A stretch of DNA of 60,416 nt, filler included, from Sphacelaria rigidula (Eukaryota): assembly GCA_964200075.2 (NCBI GenBank). It is 8 parts of 8 records of this genome, joined end to end, with 100 filler letters (N's around TTAATTAATTAA, not from the genome) between each part and the next. Parts side by side here need not be neighbours in the genome. Positions count along the whole stretch, not along the records: positions 37,826 to 45,289 come from CAXNAA020014812.1; positions 45,390 to 52,853 come from CAXNAA020014813.1; 6 more parts are not named here. One strand, given 5' to 3'. The notes beneath the pieces are model-generated. The model had not been told where the DNA came from. It searched no databases and worked only from the letters and a program-made list of their open reading frames with translations. This document shows, one piece after another, positions 38,027 to 50,078 of this stretch. Every line of letters starts with the position of its first letter. Within the stretch, counting starts at the first letter, position 1. A program made the position numbers and the translations under genes.

Positions 38027-38759
38027 TACACGATTTTATGTTCAGTAAAATTCGCCAAAAGTCGACAAATATATCTGTACTGCAGGATCTCACAGGTTCC
38101 TTAGCCTGTTAACCGATTATAGCGGCATACAATCAGCCCCCTCCAAGTGCAACGCAATTGCTCAGACGTCACGTCCATACAATCGAAAAATTACGTTCGT
38201 TTCTAAACCCACGGGGTACCTTGGACAATTTGTCCAGGAGCGTAGCATTCTAGTCCCCCCGATGAACGATATTGCTGCACGATGTAGGTACACGCGCGCT
38301 CTCCTTATGCTGTCAAACTCATGTGCCGTACAACTGCAGCAAGCCTTCACCACTTGTCATTTCTGTGCTTTGTCTCCGTATATTCAGTACAACGTACCTC
38401 ATTATTATATTTTTTTTCAGCGTTGTCTAATTTTATTTTGTCGCCGTAATTATGTCTACAGTTTCACAGGATTCGGGAACCTAGGGGGACGGCTGCTGAC
38501 AAGGTTACAGAATTGTACAAATCTTGGCCCCGGAGAAAGTACGTTTCACGCACACTCTTGCGCAATCGTACCCTACCCGACGACGACCAAACTGGAACGC
38601 CACACCCACATTCCACCTGACCCCTGAATTTGTGTCGTGTTGGACTGCATTGCCTCTATATGTCACCATGTTGGATTGTCGAGAACTCTACGTTGTTTCA
38701 GGCACTGACGGGTGGGAAATAGGGGAAGACTTCAAAAGGGGGGGCGTACTCATTTGTAA

Positions 38760-39210
38760 AGAGCATCCAAGTAATTCCCCTAGCTGTGTTTCCAACTTAT
38801 ATACCAACTTCACTGCATCCAAGTATTCTCTGAGCTGTTGCAATCTGTACTGTTCCCAACTTCTTCACTAATTTTATTGCATCCGAGTATTCTTTTAGCT
38901 GCTGCCAGCTGCACTGTTTCCAATTTCTCTAGGAACTTCACCCCTTGCTTTGCCATGTCTAATGCTAGTATCAGGTCATCAAAGAATACCTATAGTAGAG
39001 AGAGAGGGTGATAACATACATCCTGGTGCGACTCCTTGCAAAATATCGAAATATTTTGATATTCCCCTGTCTAGCATCATCGCACTTTTGGCACATTCTG
39101 TCGTCTTCATTGTCCACACCTTTCCCTTGATCACAGTTCCTCGTATATTTTCCCACAGCCCATTGCCCCATACTGCGTCATGAGACTTTTGCACCTGCAT
39201 CACCCCACAG
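38760..39210 (-). mobile_element. LINE (non-LTR) reverse transcriptase fragment
   Basis: DAVWGNGLW...SKYFDILQGVAPGCMLSPSL (GVxQGCxLSP motif), followed by post-RT KLETVQLAAAKRILGC-type segments. Confidence 0.8.
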
Positions 39211-39589
39211 CTTCTTCGACCCCGTCATCGCACTCGAAGCACCCCGCGTCCCCACGTAGTGATGCCTTGAAGCTTTTGCCCATAGGTGCTACCTCCTGGA
39301 AAGGCTATAGCAGTGCCGAGCTGAAGCACCACGTGTATGATTATGAGAATTTCTTTCGGTGAGTGCGATACTAAGATGAAGACTGGACAGAGCTTGAGCT
39401 AATTTGCCGGAACTCGAGCGCCCCAAGCTGGAACGGAGGAACCAAAGAGAGACTGGAGTCATGGACGTTTACGAATAGCTGGTGTGTGATGTGGAAAATG
39501 ATATTATTGCGAGAGGAATGCGGTGATGAAATAAGGGAATAAGCAACTATAGATCGATGCTACCGTACGCTTCAGTCACAGATTTCGAG

Positions 39590-40450
39590 TGTTGTCTTTT
39601 TTTTTTGTCGTTTTGTTATTGATTGCTTCCCATTTGGTAATATACGGGCACATGTGTGAGCCAAGGCGCGTGGGCTCTAGTTCCAGTAGAATAGGCGTCA
39701 GTAGTTACAGAAGAGCACCCCTCGAAAGCTGCACTCCTGTAACTATTGATCAGTTCGTGGTAAGGCTGCTTTTAGCGAGGCTCAAGCCCTGCACTACCCC
39801 AGAATCCAGTGAAACTGATCCAGGTTGTCGACGCGCGATCACGCTAACTAGCCGATCGTTTTCCAGTCTAACTAAGATCCCGGGAAAACGACAGCGACCG
39901 TACTTGTCTTCTGTTTCTGTCGTTAGAAAGAGCGTTATAGATTTTTTCCCTTCCTTAACGGATGGAGGTTTCCCCTGCTTATCAGGGTTCACCTATCCAT
40001 TAGATCTGCAACGAGTTTTCCCCTGCACTGTAATTCCGCAGGTTTTTCTCCTTTTACTTTCAGGCGTATGATGCACAGGGTTTGTTTTTGTTCTGGCCCT
40101 TCCATCCCTCCAATGGATTTTTGTTTAGCCACATAAATATGGCTAGGGGGATGTTACATATTTATTGGTCATTTTCCAGTCCACTAGGGTCCATGTGTCA
40201 TACTTTGTCATGCTTGGTACCTTATGGGTCATACTACATTGTGTGACCGGATTGAGCAGCCTGCCCCCCCGTTTTACAGCATTTTGGACTATGCATCTTA
40301 ACTAGTAAAGCACAAGCTAGCCTGTACGCCAATAATATAAGAGCATCTACGCCATCATGGACTGCTATCTCCGAGGATTCTCTGGTCTTCACAAATGTAA
40401 GCCTGACCTTCATGCAACATAGGTTGTTCTGGCGTCTGAGCGGCTCATCG
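39590..40450 (-). mobile_element. Fragment of an unclassified element homologous to 48405-48697
   Basis: ~40150-40440 is the reverse complement of ~48405-48697 (e.g. GGTACCAAGCATGACARAGTATGACACATGGA...GACTGGAAAATGACCAATAAAT). The left boundary is uncertain. Confidence 0.7.
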
Positions 40451-40798
40451 GATCTGCAGCCCAACGCTGCGAACATGACTGGCTCTGCACTCGGTAAAGT
40501 CGAGCTCGATGGCTTCGATACTCATGATTGTGTTTGAGCCCGCTAGCCCAGGTGCCCACTGAACTGGCACCTTTCTACCTAGGTGGTGAGTATCGTACCA
40601 TGACAAAAGGTAAAATTGAAACAGGTTCGAGCAAAATAGGACAGCAGACTGAATAAAACAAACCAAACCAAGCCATGACGAAAACCAAACACAAGAGGAT
40701 GTGAAAAAACGGCAAAACAAGCGGTATCGTCAGCTGGTCGCGAATCTCGCCTCGCCATCTGCCTCTTCCGTCTTCGTCTCTGTTCTGCCAATGGTGCA

Positions 40799-40873
40799 GG
40801 GGGGGGGGGCATACTCATTTTTTGCTTGCCTTAGTCGTTTGACCATTGACCACGCATCCCTTTCGAGACGGAG
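40799..40873 (-). mobile_element. ~75-bp C-tailed short interspersed element, copy 3
   Basis: Reverse complement of the consensus with an 11-C tail; its 5' end abuts a 10-N gap, so the TSD cannot be read. Confidence 0.85.
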
Positions 40874-41133
40874 NNNNNNNNNNTGTTGTGTGTGTGGGGG
40901 GTTTGGGGGGGGGGGGGGGGGGGGGGTTCCGCTTTCTGGATTCATCTTTGTCCCCCCGTCCCCTCGCTATTTAGCTTTCTTCTCGGTCCGTCCGCAGCCT
41001 CGCTTTCCCTCATTCTTTGGTTTTGCTAGTTTCAACTCTCAAGCATGCTTCCTGCTCTTGTCGGCGTCATCCCGTCATGAACTGACTCACCCCTTTTCTC
41101 ACCTTGCCTACCATTCCTCCGATTCCTTGGCGC

Positions 41134-42277
41134 GGCGTGACCTATTCGCAGGTGGGGTATGTAAATAAGAGCTCACAGATCGCGGACGCCTCCAGGACCA
41201 ATTCCACAACAAACCCAATTTCAAATGCTGAAGAGCACACGAAACAACAGAAGGCGTACTCCACAGTAGCGCACAGCAGGGCTGTAACACCGATCATATT
41301 TATTTTGTTGTAGGGCAGGATGCTGCAAACCTAGTGCTAGGTGGCGATGATTTCTCTGCTCCATACTACTGGGAATCGTAAAATCATTCGTTTTTCCTTG
41401 GAGTACTTCTTCAAGGCAATCTCTTGAATAACGAAAATATGTTGATAGTTGATAGTTGCTGCAGCATGGACAACAAGATATTAGCTGGATGTTCAAGTGT
41501 AATCCTTCCATGAGAGTGTGCACTACGTAATGACAACCGTTCACACCCGCCGTTGCCCATGCACAGGGACACAGTGTATCCGGGTAGATGACGACAATTT
41601 GATGCTCTGAGAGTACTATACACGGCGGCCGTATACCCGCAAGAAGAGAAACTTGTGAAATCACACCATCATTCTACTACAGGTACCATTCTGCTGTCTG
41701 CTGTGCGGACTGCACACGCACGATGTACAGCGGACAACAGACGACAATAGTAGTTCAGGAGTACTTCTGTACAGGGCCTATAGTGCTCTTAACAGGTGAC
41801 GAGTGGTGCGATACAAGAATACTCCCACTAATCGTGCTGCCGCTTGGATAACCTGCACAGTACACAGACACAGTGTACAGACAGCGTGGTGTCTTGTACA
41901 AGTGCAGTGCAACAACAGTATGAAATGACGGTATTCTCGATGCCAAGCAGCTGACGCATACTGTGTAAATAGTCCGTGCCGTCAGAGCATCCATACAATC
42001 GAGCATGCGCGGTGCTTGGCTGGCCAAGAACACAAGACGACTGTTTGCTCGTCAATATCGAGCAGAGAGCTCATCGCCGCAGGCGTGTGTGGTCTCCTGC
42101 CCTACGACAATATGCTTTCTTTACCCCCCGGTTGTGGACTGCTGTGAAGTGCGACTGGCCGTTGTTCCGTGTGCCCAGCATTTCGATTTGAAATTGGGTC
42201 CATGGTGAGTTGGTTCTGGAGGCGTTCGCTACCTGTACTCTCTTATTTGCATACTCCACCGGCAAATAGGTCGCGCC
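41134..42277. mobile_element. Non-autonomous DNA transposon with ~100-bp TIRs and 9-bp TSD (MULE- or Merlin-like)
   Basis: GGCGTGACCTATT...CCCAATTTCAAAT inverted with ATTTGAAATTGGG...AATAGGTCGCGCC; flanks CCTTGGCGC / CCTTGGCGT. Confidence 0.75.
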
Positions 42278-43971
42278 CCTTGGCGTCGATTACCTACCTT
42301 CCCCCTGGGTGTGGTTGTACAGTAAACTGGTGCACATCAAATGTATGTGAATTACACATATATAGCGTGTGCAAACAAGTTAAGGTGCGTCTTTTTCGTA
42401 ACATGACGTACGATAAGACCAATTAAATGGTACAGTAGTATCAACAATCGCCGAACCGTGACCAACAAACTGAGCCAAAACCCGGAAAAAGCGAAAGCAA
42501 AGAAACACATCTCGCAATTTCGGCCGTAATAGAGTGGAGGACAGCTCTGGAGGATTACCCATATGGTTGCAGTTGTGCCAAGTACTATCCGCTGTGCTTA
42601 CAGTGCATGCGCGTAAAAAGGGAACGACAAGGCGCGATTTCAAAAACCTGAAGTCGGGCCATTCTTCGCGCCCCGATAAATCAACTCCGTCACCGCTTGA
42701 CCCTCAACCACACCCGGAACGACAGCACATGCCTTTTCTCGACCACTGCTCCTTCGACGTCCACACACGGACCAAGCTACGGTTTCATAGCCACCGTGAC
42801 TGTTTCTTTCCTGAATTTTCAGACCAGTTGGCAGGTACTCGCATGATTACCCTGTTGAAATTTCAAACCAGCGCGCGGTGTTGACCCCACCAGAGGGATG
42901 ACAAAAGATGCCGGGAGTCCAAATCCGCTGATTGCATTGAAAACAACCCTTCATGGAGCGAACCTAAAGAGACGCTTCGTCATCGCGATGGCCATGCTCA
43001 ATCCCACCAAACGCAGCAGAATTAGAAGTCGAATCGGCTGACTACTTCTGGCATCTTATTTTCAAATAAAAGCAGATATGAGCGCTCACGACAGACATGC
43101 ATCGGCGGCAGCTAACCAACCCTCACTGCTCTCAACGCGATAAACACGTCCAACGGCCCACAGTAGAGGAACCACCTCTCCACCTACACACAATGGTGCC
43201 ACGTTCGGCGAGATGTCCAATCCCGACTCAACATGAAATTCTTGAAACCATTGAATCGGTAGACCACGTACCGCAGTTTCCAGCCTACCCTCGATAGCGC
43301 CGATCGTCTTGTCTGAACACGCACAATGACACCACGCGCTCTTTCGTTGCATGTCAAGCTGCGACAAACCCAGCCGGCACGGCAATCCGTGACCTGTTTA
43401 ATGTACGAATCGAGTTGCATACATCAACATCTTCAAGGAAGCAGATCGCTTCCTGCGCAACTACCGCGCAAGCTTGCTCCAGGTGCCTACCTCAGCATAC
43501 TCCTCAGGTGCCTCCTTAGCATGATCCTCAAGCATATTAGATATTTGTGAGGCCGTGCCGAAGAGAGCACGTTGTGTCAACCAACATCTGCACGCCCTCG
43601 ATGAACGGAAGACCTTTCGGAAATGAACAACTTCTGCACAAGATGTGAGAACGTGCTTAGTTATGGCCTCCATTCTTGACTGACAAATCTGTGTTGTACG
43701 CTTGAATTTGTATCCTTTGAGAGTCAACAGACAGACCCTGGTGACTCTTTATTGGACACCAGTCACATCTCCATACATGATGTTGACGCCACCAACAAAG
43801 CGATCAACCAATGAGCAGATAAAAGCAGGCACACCTCAATATCCTACACAGTCATAAGTAGTTACCAGCTAGTCACCAACAGTCCTCTGGCGACCACCAT
43901 CATAGCGCTTACACACCACCATCGTGAGTAGCAGCGGATACGCGTGTCGCAGTCAAGCCAGGAAACTAGTG

Positions 43972-45289
43972 CTATGAGACGCTCATCTCCGCCTTCACGT
44001 TCGTCACGCCCTCGCACATCAGATCGCCTGCGGTGGTCATGCTACGGGCAACATGCTCCGTAGATGGTGTACCAGTTGTACGAGTGAGCCCAGCTCTCCT
44101 TGTGGTGCTACTCTTCGGAGCCTCACCCTGCTTGGACTGCCGCATTCCGCGAATGCGTGACCGTCTCGGATATCCTTCACTGCCATTTGACTTTTGCACA
44201 GCTATCTCTAGCTTCATCTTTTTCGTGCGTATTGTCGGTTGTTCAAAACGGCAAGCTGCTGATCGGACATTTTTCCTGGAGCGGACGCTCACCATCTCGC
44301 TGTGGGCGTGCTGTGCGCAGAACTCCGCCTTTGTGCTTCCCGCCAACCCAAACGACGGCCGCTTGGAGCAGCTTTCTGTGCAGCACGTCTTCTTCGTGAC
44401 GTTAATCATGCCCTCTCCGGCATGCTGTGAGCAGAATTCCGTCTTCCTGCTTCCCGCTAACCCAAAAGACGGTATCTTCAAACAGCCCTCCCTGCAGCAC
44501 GTCTTCTTCACGATATTCATCATCCCGTCCTCAGCGTGCTGTGAGCAGAACTCCGCCTTCTTGCTTCCCGCCAACCCCCAGTACGCTTTTTTCAAGCACC
44601 CCTCTCTGCAGCACGTCTTGGTGACGACATTCACCATCCCGCCATCGGCGTGCTGTGAGCAGAACTCCGCCCTCTTGCTTCCAGCCATCCCCCAGTACGC
44701 TCTCTTCAAGCAGCCCTCTCTGCAGCACGTTTTGTTGACGACATTCACCATCCCATCCCCGGCGTGCTGTGAGCAGAACTCCGCCCTCTTGCTTCCCGCC
44801 AGCCCAAACGACGGTAGCTTGAAGCAGCCCTCTTCGCAGCACGTCTTGCTGACGACATTCACCATTCCGTCCTCCGCGTGCGGTGCGCAGAACTCCGCCT
44901 TCTTGCTTCCCGCCAGCCCAAACGACGGCCGCTTGGAGCAATCGTCTCTGCAGCACGTCTCGGTCTTGACATCAACCATTCCGTCCTCGGCGTGCTGTGA
45001 GCAAAACTCCGTCTTCTTGCTTCCCGCCAACCCCCAGGACGCTTTCCTCGAGCAGCCCTCTCTGCAGCACGTTTTGTTGAGGACATTCACCATTCCGTCC
45101 TCGGCGTGCTGTGAGCAAAACTCCGCCTTCTTGCTTCCCACCAGCCCAAACGACGCTATCTTGAAGCAGCCCCCTCTGCAGCACGTCTTGTTCTTGACAT
45201 TGACCATTCCGTCTCCGGCATGCTTTGAGCAAAACTCTGCCTCCCTGCTTCCCGCCAACGCCCAATACGCTCTTTTCAAGCAGCCCCCC
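43972..45289 (-). CDS. EsV-1-7 cysteine-rich repeat protein, 5'-truncated by the scaffold end
   Basis: 8 complete plus 1 partial 38-aa repeats CCxxxCxKxxxxGLAGSKKAEFCSQHAEDGMVNVxxKT in an uninterrupted 435-aa frame, followed by a basic ~100-aa tail. Confidence 0.92.
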
Positions 45290-45389
45290 NNNNNNNNNNN
45301 NNNNNNNNNNNNNNNNNNNNNNNNNNNNNNNNNTTAATTAATTAANNNNNNNNNNNNNNNNNNNNNNNNNNNNNNNNNNNNNNNNNNNN
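45290..45389. other. Artificial scaffold linker 6
   Basis: Same 100-bp linker. Confidence 0.98.
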
Positions 45390-46278
45390 CATCATGTACT
45401 ACCACTAGGGACTATCATGTACTGTACTGATGAAGTGTCCTACACTGTATGACCCCAGGGTATTAAGGTACGACACTGTACTCGAAGGATTGTTTACCGC
45501 ATGTATGCTCTTCGGCTTCATACACGAGAACACAGTACAACACTCATGCAAAGAATGACCATCTGTGTACAGAACCGTTTCACAAATCTGTGATACTGTC
45601 CTGTGGTGAGCCGATCAGTTGGTGACTTCATTGTTTTGTATCAGATAAACACAAATCAACAAAAATGTTATGTATGTATAAGAGTTGAATTGTTTGAAGC
45701 TAGAAAAGACCGTCGTTCGTAACATAAAGGAAAGTTATGGATTTTTAAGGTACTTGAAGCCATGAATTCAGTGTAGGGAACAATCTGTGTATACCTACTT
45801 GTGTCCGTTGTAGATAGAAAGGTACAGGGGAGCATGTGTCCAGGATCGGCAGTTCAGAGAGTTTTGTACTGGATACAGTCAACTGTCAGAACAATAAAGA
45901 ACTTTTTGGTTATAACGGCTTTTCTGATAGGTACATACCGAGGTTTTCAGGCTTTTTGAGTGAGGTACGTTGGCAGGGATGAAGAGGTCGACAGGGGGAG
46001 CGTGAACCAGGTCTTAGGTTCACCCCCCCATCAAGACACTTCCTACCTTCCCTTCTCTCGCCTCACTTCACTCAGTTTTCCTGTTTTCAGAGTGAAGCAC
46101 TTGCTGTACAAGTGCGGGATTGGAGTCTATTTGGTTGAGTTATAGAAATCTATAATAAAACAAAATAGAACAAAATATTTCTGTCTTTTCGGCATCAAAC
46201 ATTTTGTCTTCGGGTTTCACACCAGATACAAGTCTACGGTCATCTCTGTCACGTCTTATCCGTCACCCATAAAAGCGA

Positions 46279-48697
46279 TTGAACCCATATTTGAAAGGGA
46301 GCTCGAGCTTCTCTCCCAACAGTGGCGTCGACGGCAGTCGCGGGGTGAACATAGCTGATGACCACATTTCTCCCTGCAATGTAAATGTGCCACAGAATGC
46401 CCGAGCCAAGCTAGGCGAAGGAGCTCAAACCTTCAAGATTAAGAAGGCGGGGCTGGACCGCATATTGGGTGAAAAAGCGTTGGTGGCCCAGCGATTAGAT
46501 GAAACCAAGGCTCAGTTAAAAGCGCTTGAGACACAACAACAACAACTGGATCATTCAGCCACCGTTGAAGAGGCGGTAGTCAACCAAGCCCGTAAAGAGA
46601 GGGAAGTTCCTCCTTCCAAGTATGGGCAGAAGGCCAAAATTCTGCCGAAACGGCTCGATCCTTCCAGCTTACAACGGCACCAGCAGGGGGTCAACAAAGC
46701 CGGGGGTGGAAAGAGGACTCCAGGGCCCAAGGTAGATCCCACTTCTATAGTTGAGATGGCCCCGGTGCAGCCGCACCACAATCCAAATCCTGCCACCATC
46801 GAAGTAGGAGGGGTGTCCATCACCATTGATGACTCCCGGTTCCTACAAGGGACTTGTCCCCAAGGTGTTCGTCTAGTAGAATTGCACCATGTCCAGCTAT
46901 TCCGGCGGTATGTCGAGGCACTAGAATTCGGCACCCCGCTGCACTCGCCTCCGGGACCAAGAGAGATCATGGATAGCTGGGATGGGAGCAGGGTCTCAGA
47001 CGCCGGGCAGGGATGGGCAGCCCAGGTACTATGCTGGAGGACATGAGTCCAGAAAGAAAAGGTATGCCTCACGTACAGTAGAGAGGACGGACTTAAGTAG
47101 TAATAGGGACAGAAGCGTGGCACCTGACTCGAATGTAGCTAGAGTAGTGTCATCAGACCCGGTTGCAACTACAACTGTTGTCCCGTCTACTGCTCCTGTC
47201 ACAGTAGTAGCTCAAGGTAAAAAATCATCCGTCACAGAAAAAACTGCAGTAGACATAGCACGGGAATATGCCAAAATGGACACTTCTGTCCTGATTGAAT
47301 TACCAAAATGACCTTTGAGCGTAAATCATGACGTGGCAGACTTGGTTGCGTTTGGAGCAGCTCTCCGTGATTCCATACAAGATATGCGCATAATTGTGGG
47401 GGACTCTGAACCCATTTATTGGAAAAGAGGGTGGGGAAAGTGTCTACAGGAACATCTTCTCAGGGCACTTCGTGGAAAATCTTACCACAAGTCTCAAACT
47501 ATTTCCACATTAAGATCGCAAATATTTGATATGACAACGGGAGCAATAAGAATGCAAGAAGCGGGATCAACCGGACCTGAAGCCTTCGACCATGTGCTGC
47601 GTATACTAAGTAGGGCACTCAGTAAGGTCACGCCCGCAGGAGTAATGGGACTGTTGGTCAACTTTACGGTTGAACCTGACACCACTATTGCTACATATTT
47701 GGCGGAGTTGAGGATGTTGGTAGCGAACGTTCAAAGTGTTGGTCGCGAGTTGGCTCCTGGTAATGGCTCAATACAATCCGACATTAAAAATGGTATAGAC
47801 GATCAGTTTCCCAACATAAGTGCCCAAGCTTTCGCTGGTAGATATCATCAACCTCTCCCCTTTCACGATGTCGAACAAATGATGAATGCCCTTCGTGATT
47901 TCGACACGAACACGTCAGTAGCTGTAGCTCCTTCGCGTTTCGGTACTGGCAGTGCGGGTGGTGTAGTCACCATATCTCGACACTTCGCTAAGGCTTTACA
48001 CAGTCGCAAGTTTGGTGGAGTCATGGCGATCTCGGAATTATACGAGGAAGAGGATGTAGAAATGCAACATGTCCATTCCATTGGGGCGGGACAAAACCAG
48101 CGTTTTGGGAAAAAGGGTCGTGATCCTCCTTTCTTTGAACCTTTTTCCTCTATGGAAGCAAAGGATGCTGCTCGCAAAGCATTCGGACCGTTCTGTTTGA
48201 ATTACGGTAGTTCCGAACACATACTGGCTCGGGATCGTCCCCATGAGTATATGAATAAATCGGGTATAATACATCGTGGGATTGGAGAAGAGTCCCTCAA
48301 AAAAGTTTCCGAAAAATGGCGGAGGTGGCAACGTACATCGTGCGATTACCATCGTAACAGAAACAACAATTGAAGATGCAACGGTGAAGATCGGGCACCT
48401 TCATCGTTCGGAGGCCAAAACAATAAATCTTGCATGAAAGACAGGCTTACGTTTTGAAAAGACCAGAGATCCCTCTGATACCGCAGTCCGTGATGGCGTA
48501 GACGTTCTCGTATATTTGGCGTACAGGCTAACTTGTGCTTTGCTTGTCGAGATGCATAGTCCAAAACGCTGTAACACATGGGGGCAGCCAGCTCAATCTA
48601 ACCACACAATGTAGTATGGCCCATCAGGTACCAAGCATGACAGAGTATGACACATGGAACCTAGTCGACTGGAAAATGACCAATAAATCTGTAATAG
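46279..48697 (+). mobile_element. Unclassified retroelement-like region with a disrupted gag-like ORF
   Basis: Consecutive ORFs 46279-47046 (coiled coil), 46982-47311 and 47315-48373; decayed CCHC-like knuckle CLNYGSSEHILARDRP; the downstream segment is repeated at 40150-40440. Confidence 0.55.
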
Positions 48698-50078
48698 TGA
48701 TGTCGCACTCACGCAACAAGTATATTCTGCTGTTACTTGACCGCGCCTCCCGATTCCCGTTCGGGTTTCCTCTGCCATCAAAGGAAGCGGACCAGATCGC
48801 ACGCATCCTAGCAGAGTTATGCCTATAACTTTTGGTGTCCCACAAATGGTCCGCTGCGACAGGGGCAAAGAGTTCAGGGCCGATGTCGTCACGCATCTGT
48901 GCAGGTGGTTGAAGGCGGACATCGCCTTTGGGCCGTCAGATCAACCACGTGGTCAGGGACCGATCGAGCGACTTGGGGGATGGCAGTTAGACATGCTATC
49001 GGAACTATGTAGGCTGTGGCCCCAGAGGTGGGATGAGTATGCCCCACCCGCTCTCTGGATCAAGCGCACATTGCCCGACACATCGCTACCCCTGACATGA
49101 ATGTCCTCTTTTGAGCTGCTGTTCGGCCGCAAACCGCACACATCGCTAGACTCGCTCGCGCCCCTCTCACAAGAAGCAGAGCCGAGCAAGGGGCTAGATG
49201 CCTCCGTTGAACAGCGCAAACAGAACCTCCGCGAGGTAAGGATGGCGATGGACAAAAGACAGGGGGCAAAAGCAGCGTCGCGGGAGAAGGGCAATGTAGC
49301 CATCTCGAGACCATCAGCAGACGTGTCGGTCGCGGAAGGGGATCTGGTAATGGTGAGGGAAAGAGAAAGCTCCACGTATCGAGATGGCAGGGGCAAGAAG
49401 CTGCAGCACGACAGGTATACGGGACCTTGGACGGTGAAAAAAGTACTGATGGTCGGACACAGCCTCGAGGTAGTGATGCAAGGGCGAAAACTACGTACTC
49501 GCACAGTTGCCCCGTCCGATGTCAAACCGTACCATGTACGGCCGCCGCACTTGAGACAATCCATTGCCGACTAGTTCGCCCAGTTTGCATGGGGATCGGA
49601 CTTCAAGATATCGTCTTCGCCTAACTCCACACCCCGCCTCCTTACCCTAGTGAACCGCCGCGAGTGCAAACCAGGGAAAGGGAGTGCAGGTTGGGAGTAT
49701 CAGGGAAGGATTCAGGAGGGGGCGACGTCAGAGTGGCTTCCGAGGAGCTAAGTCCTGGAGGGCTTCACACCTCTGCAACTGGATGGGTTTCACGCACTCT
49801 GAGCCCTCTACCACCCAGCCAAGACACCAAGTGCGCCGTCTCGCCCGAGCATCCGCCATGTCCCCCTGTCACGCAGTGATGCCCTGAACTTGTTCCTCAT
49901 AGGTTTCATGTTCTGGAAGAATTTCGGTGGGGTCAAGCAGGAGGGACAAGTATTCGACTACGGCAAGCTTTTCTGGAGAGTGCGATACGACGACGGGGAC
50001 TGGGAGGAGTTGTCACGCAGAGAACTCCAACAGCTAGCGCAGTGTAGCGAGACAGCAACACCGCCAGTCACGAGCTAG
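48698..50078 (+). mobile_element. Ty3/Gypsy integrase fragment with GPY/F motif, chromo-like and Tudor-like C-terminal segments (frameshifted)
   Basis: KYILLLLDRASRFPF...FGVPQMVRCDRGKEF...GQGPIERLGG (DDE core), SSFELLFGRKP, RYTGPWTV, WEYQGR...SEWL, WRVRYDDGDWEEL. Confidence 0.85.

Noticed and set aside
42900-43730. Broken minus-strand frames downstream of the EsV-1-7 gene
   Set aside because: Multiple stops and no identifiable domain.
44033-45337. 434-aa plus-strand ORF
   Set aside because: Antisense shadow of the EsV-1-7 repeat gene.
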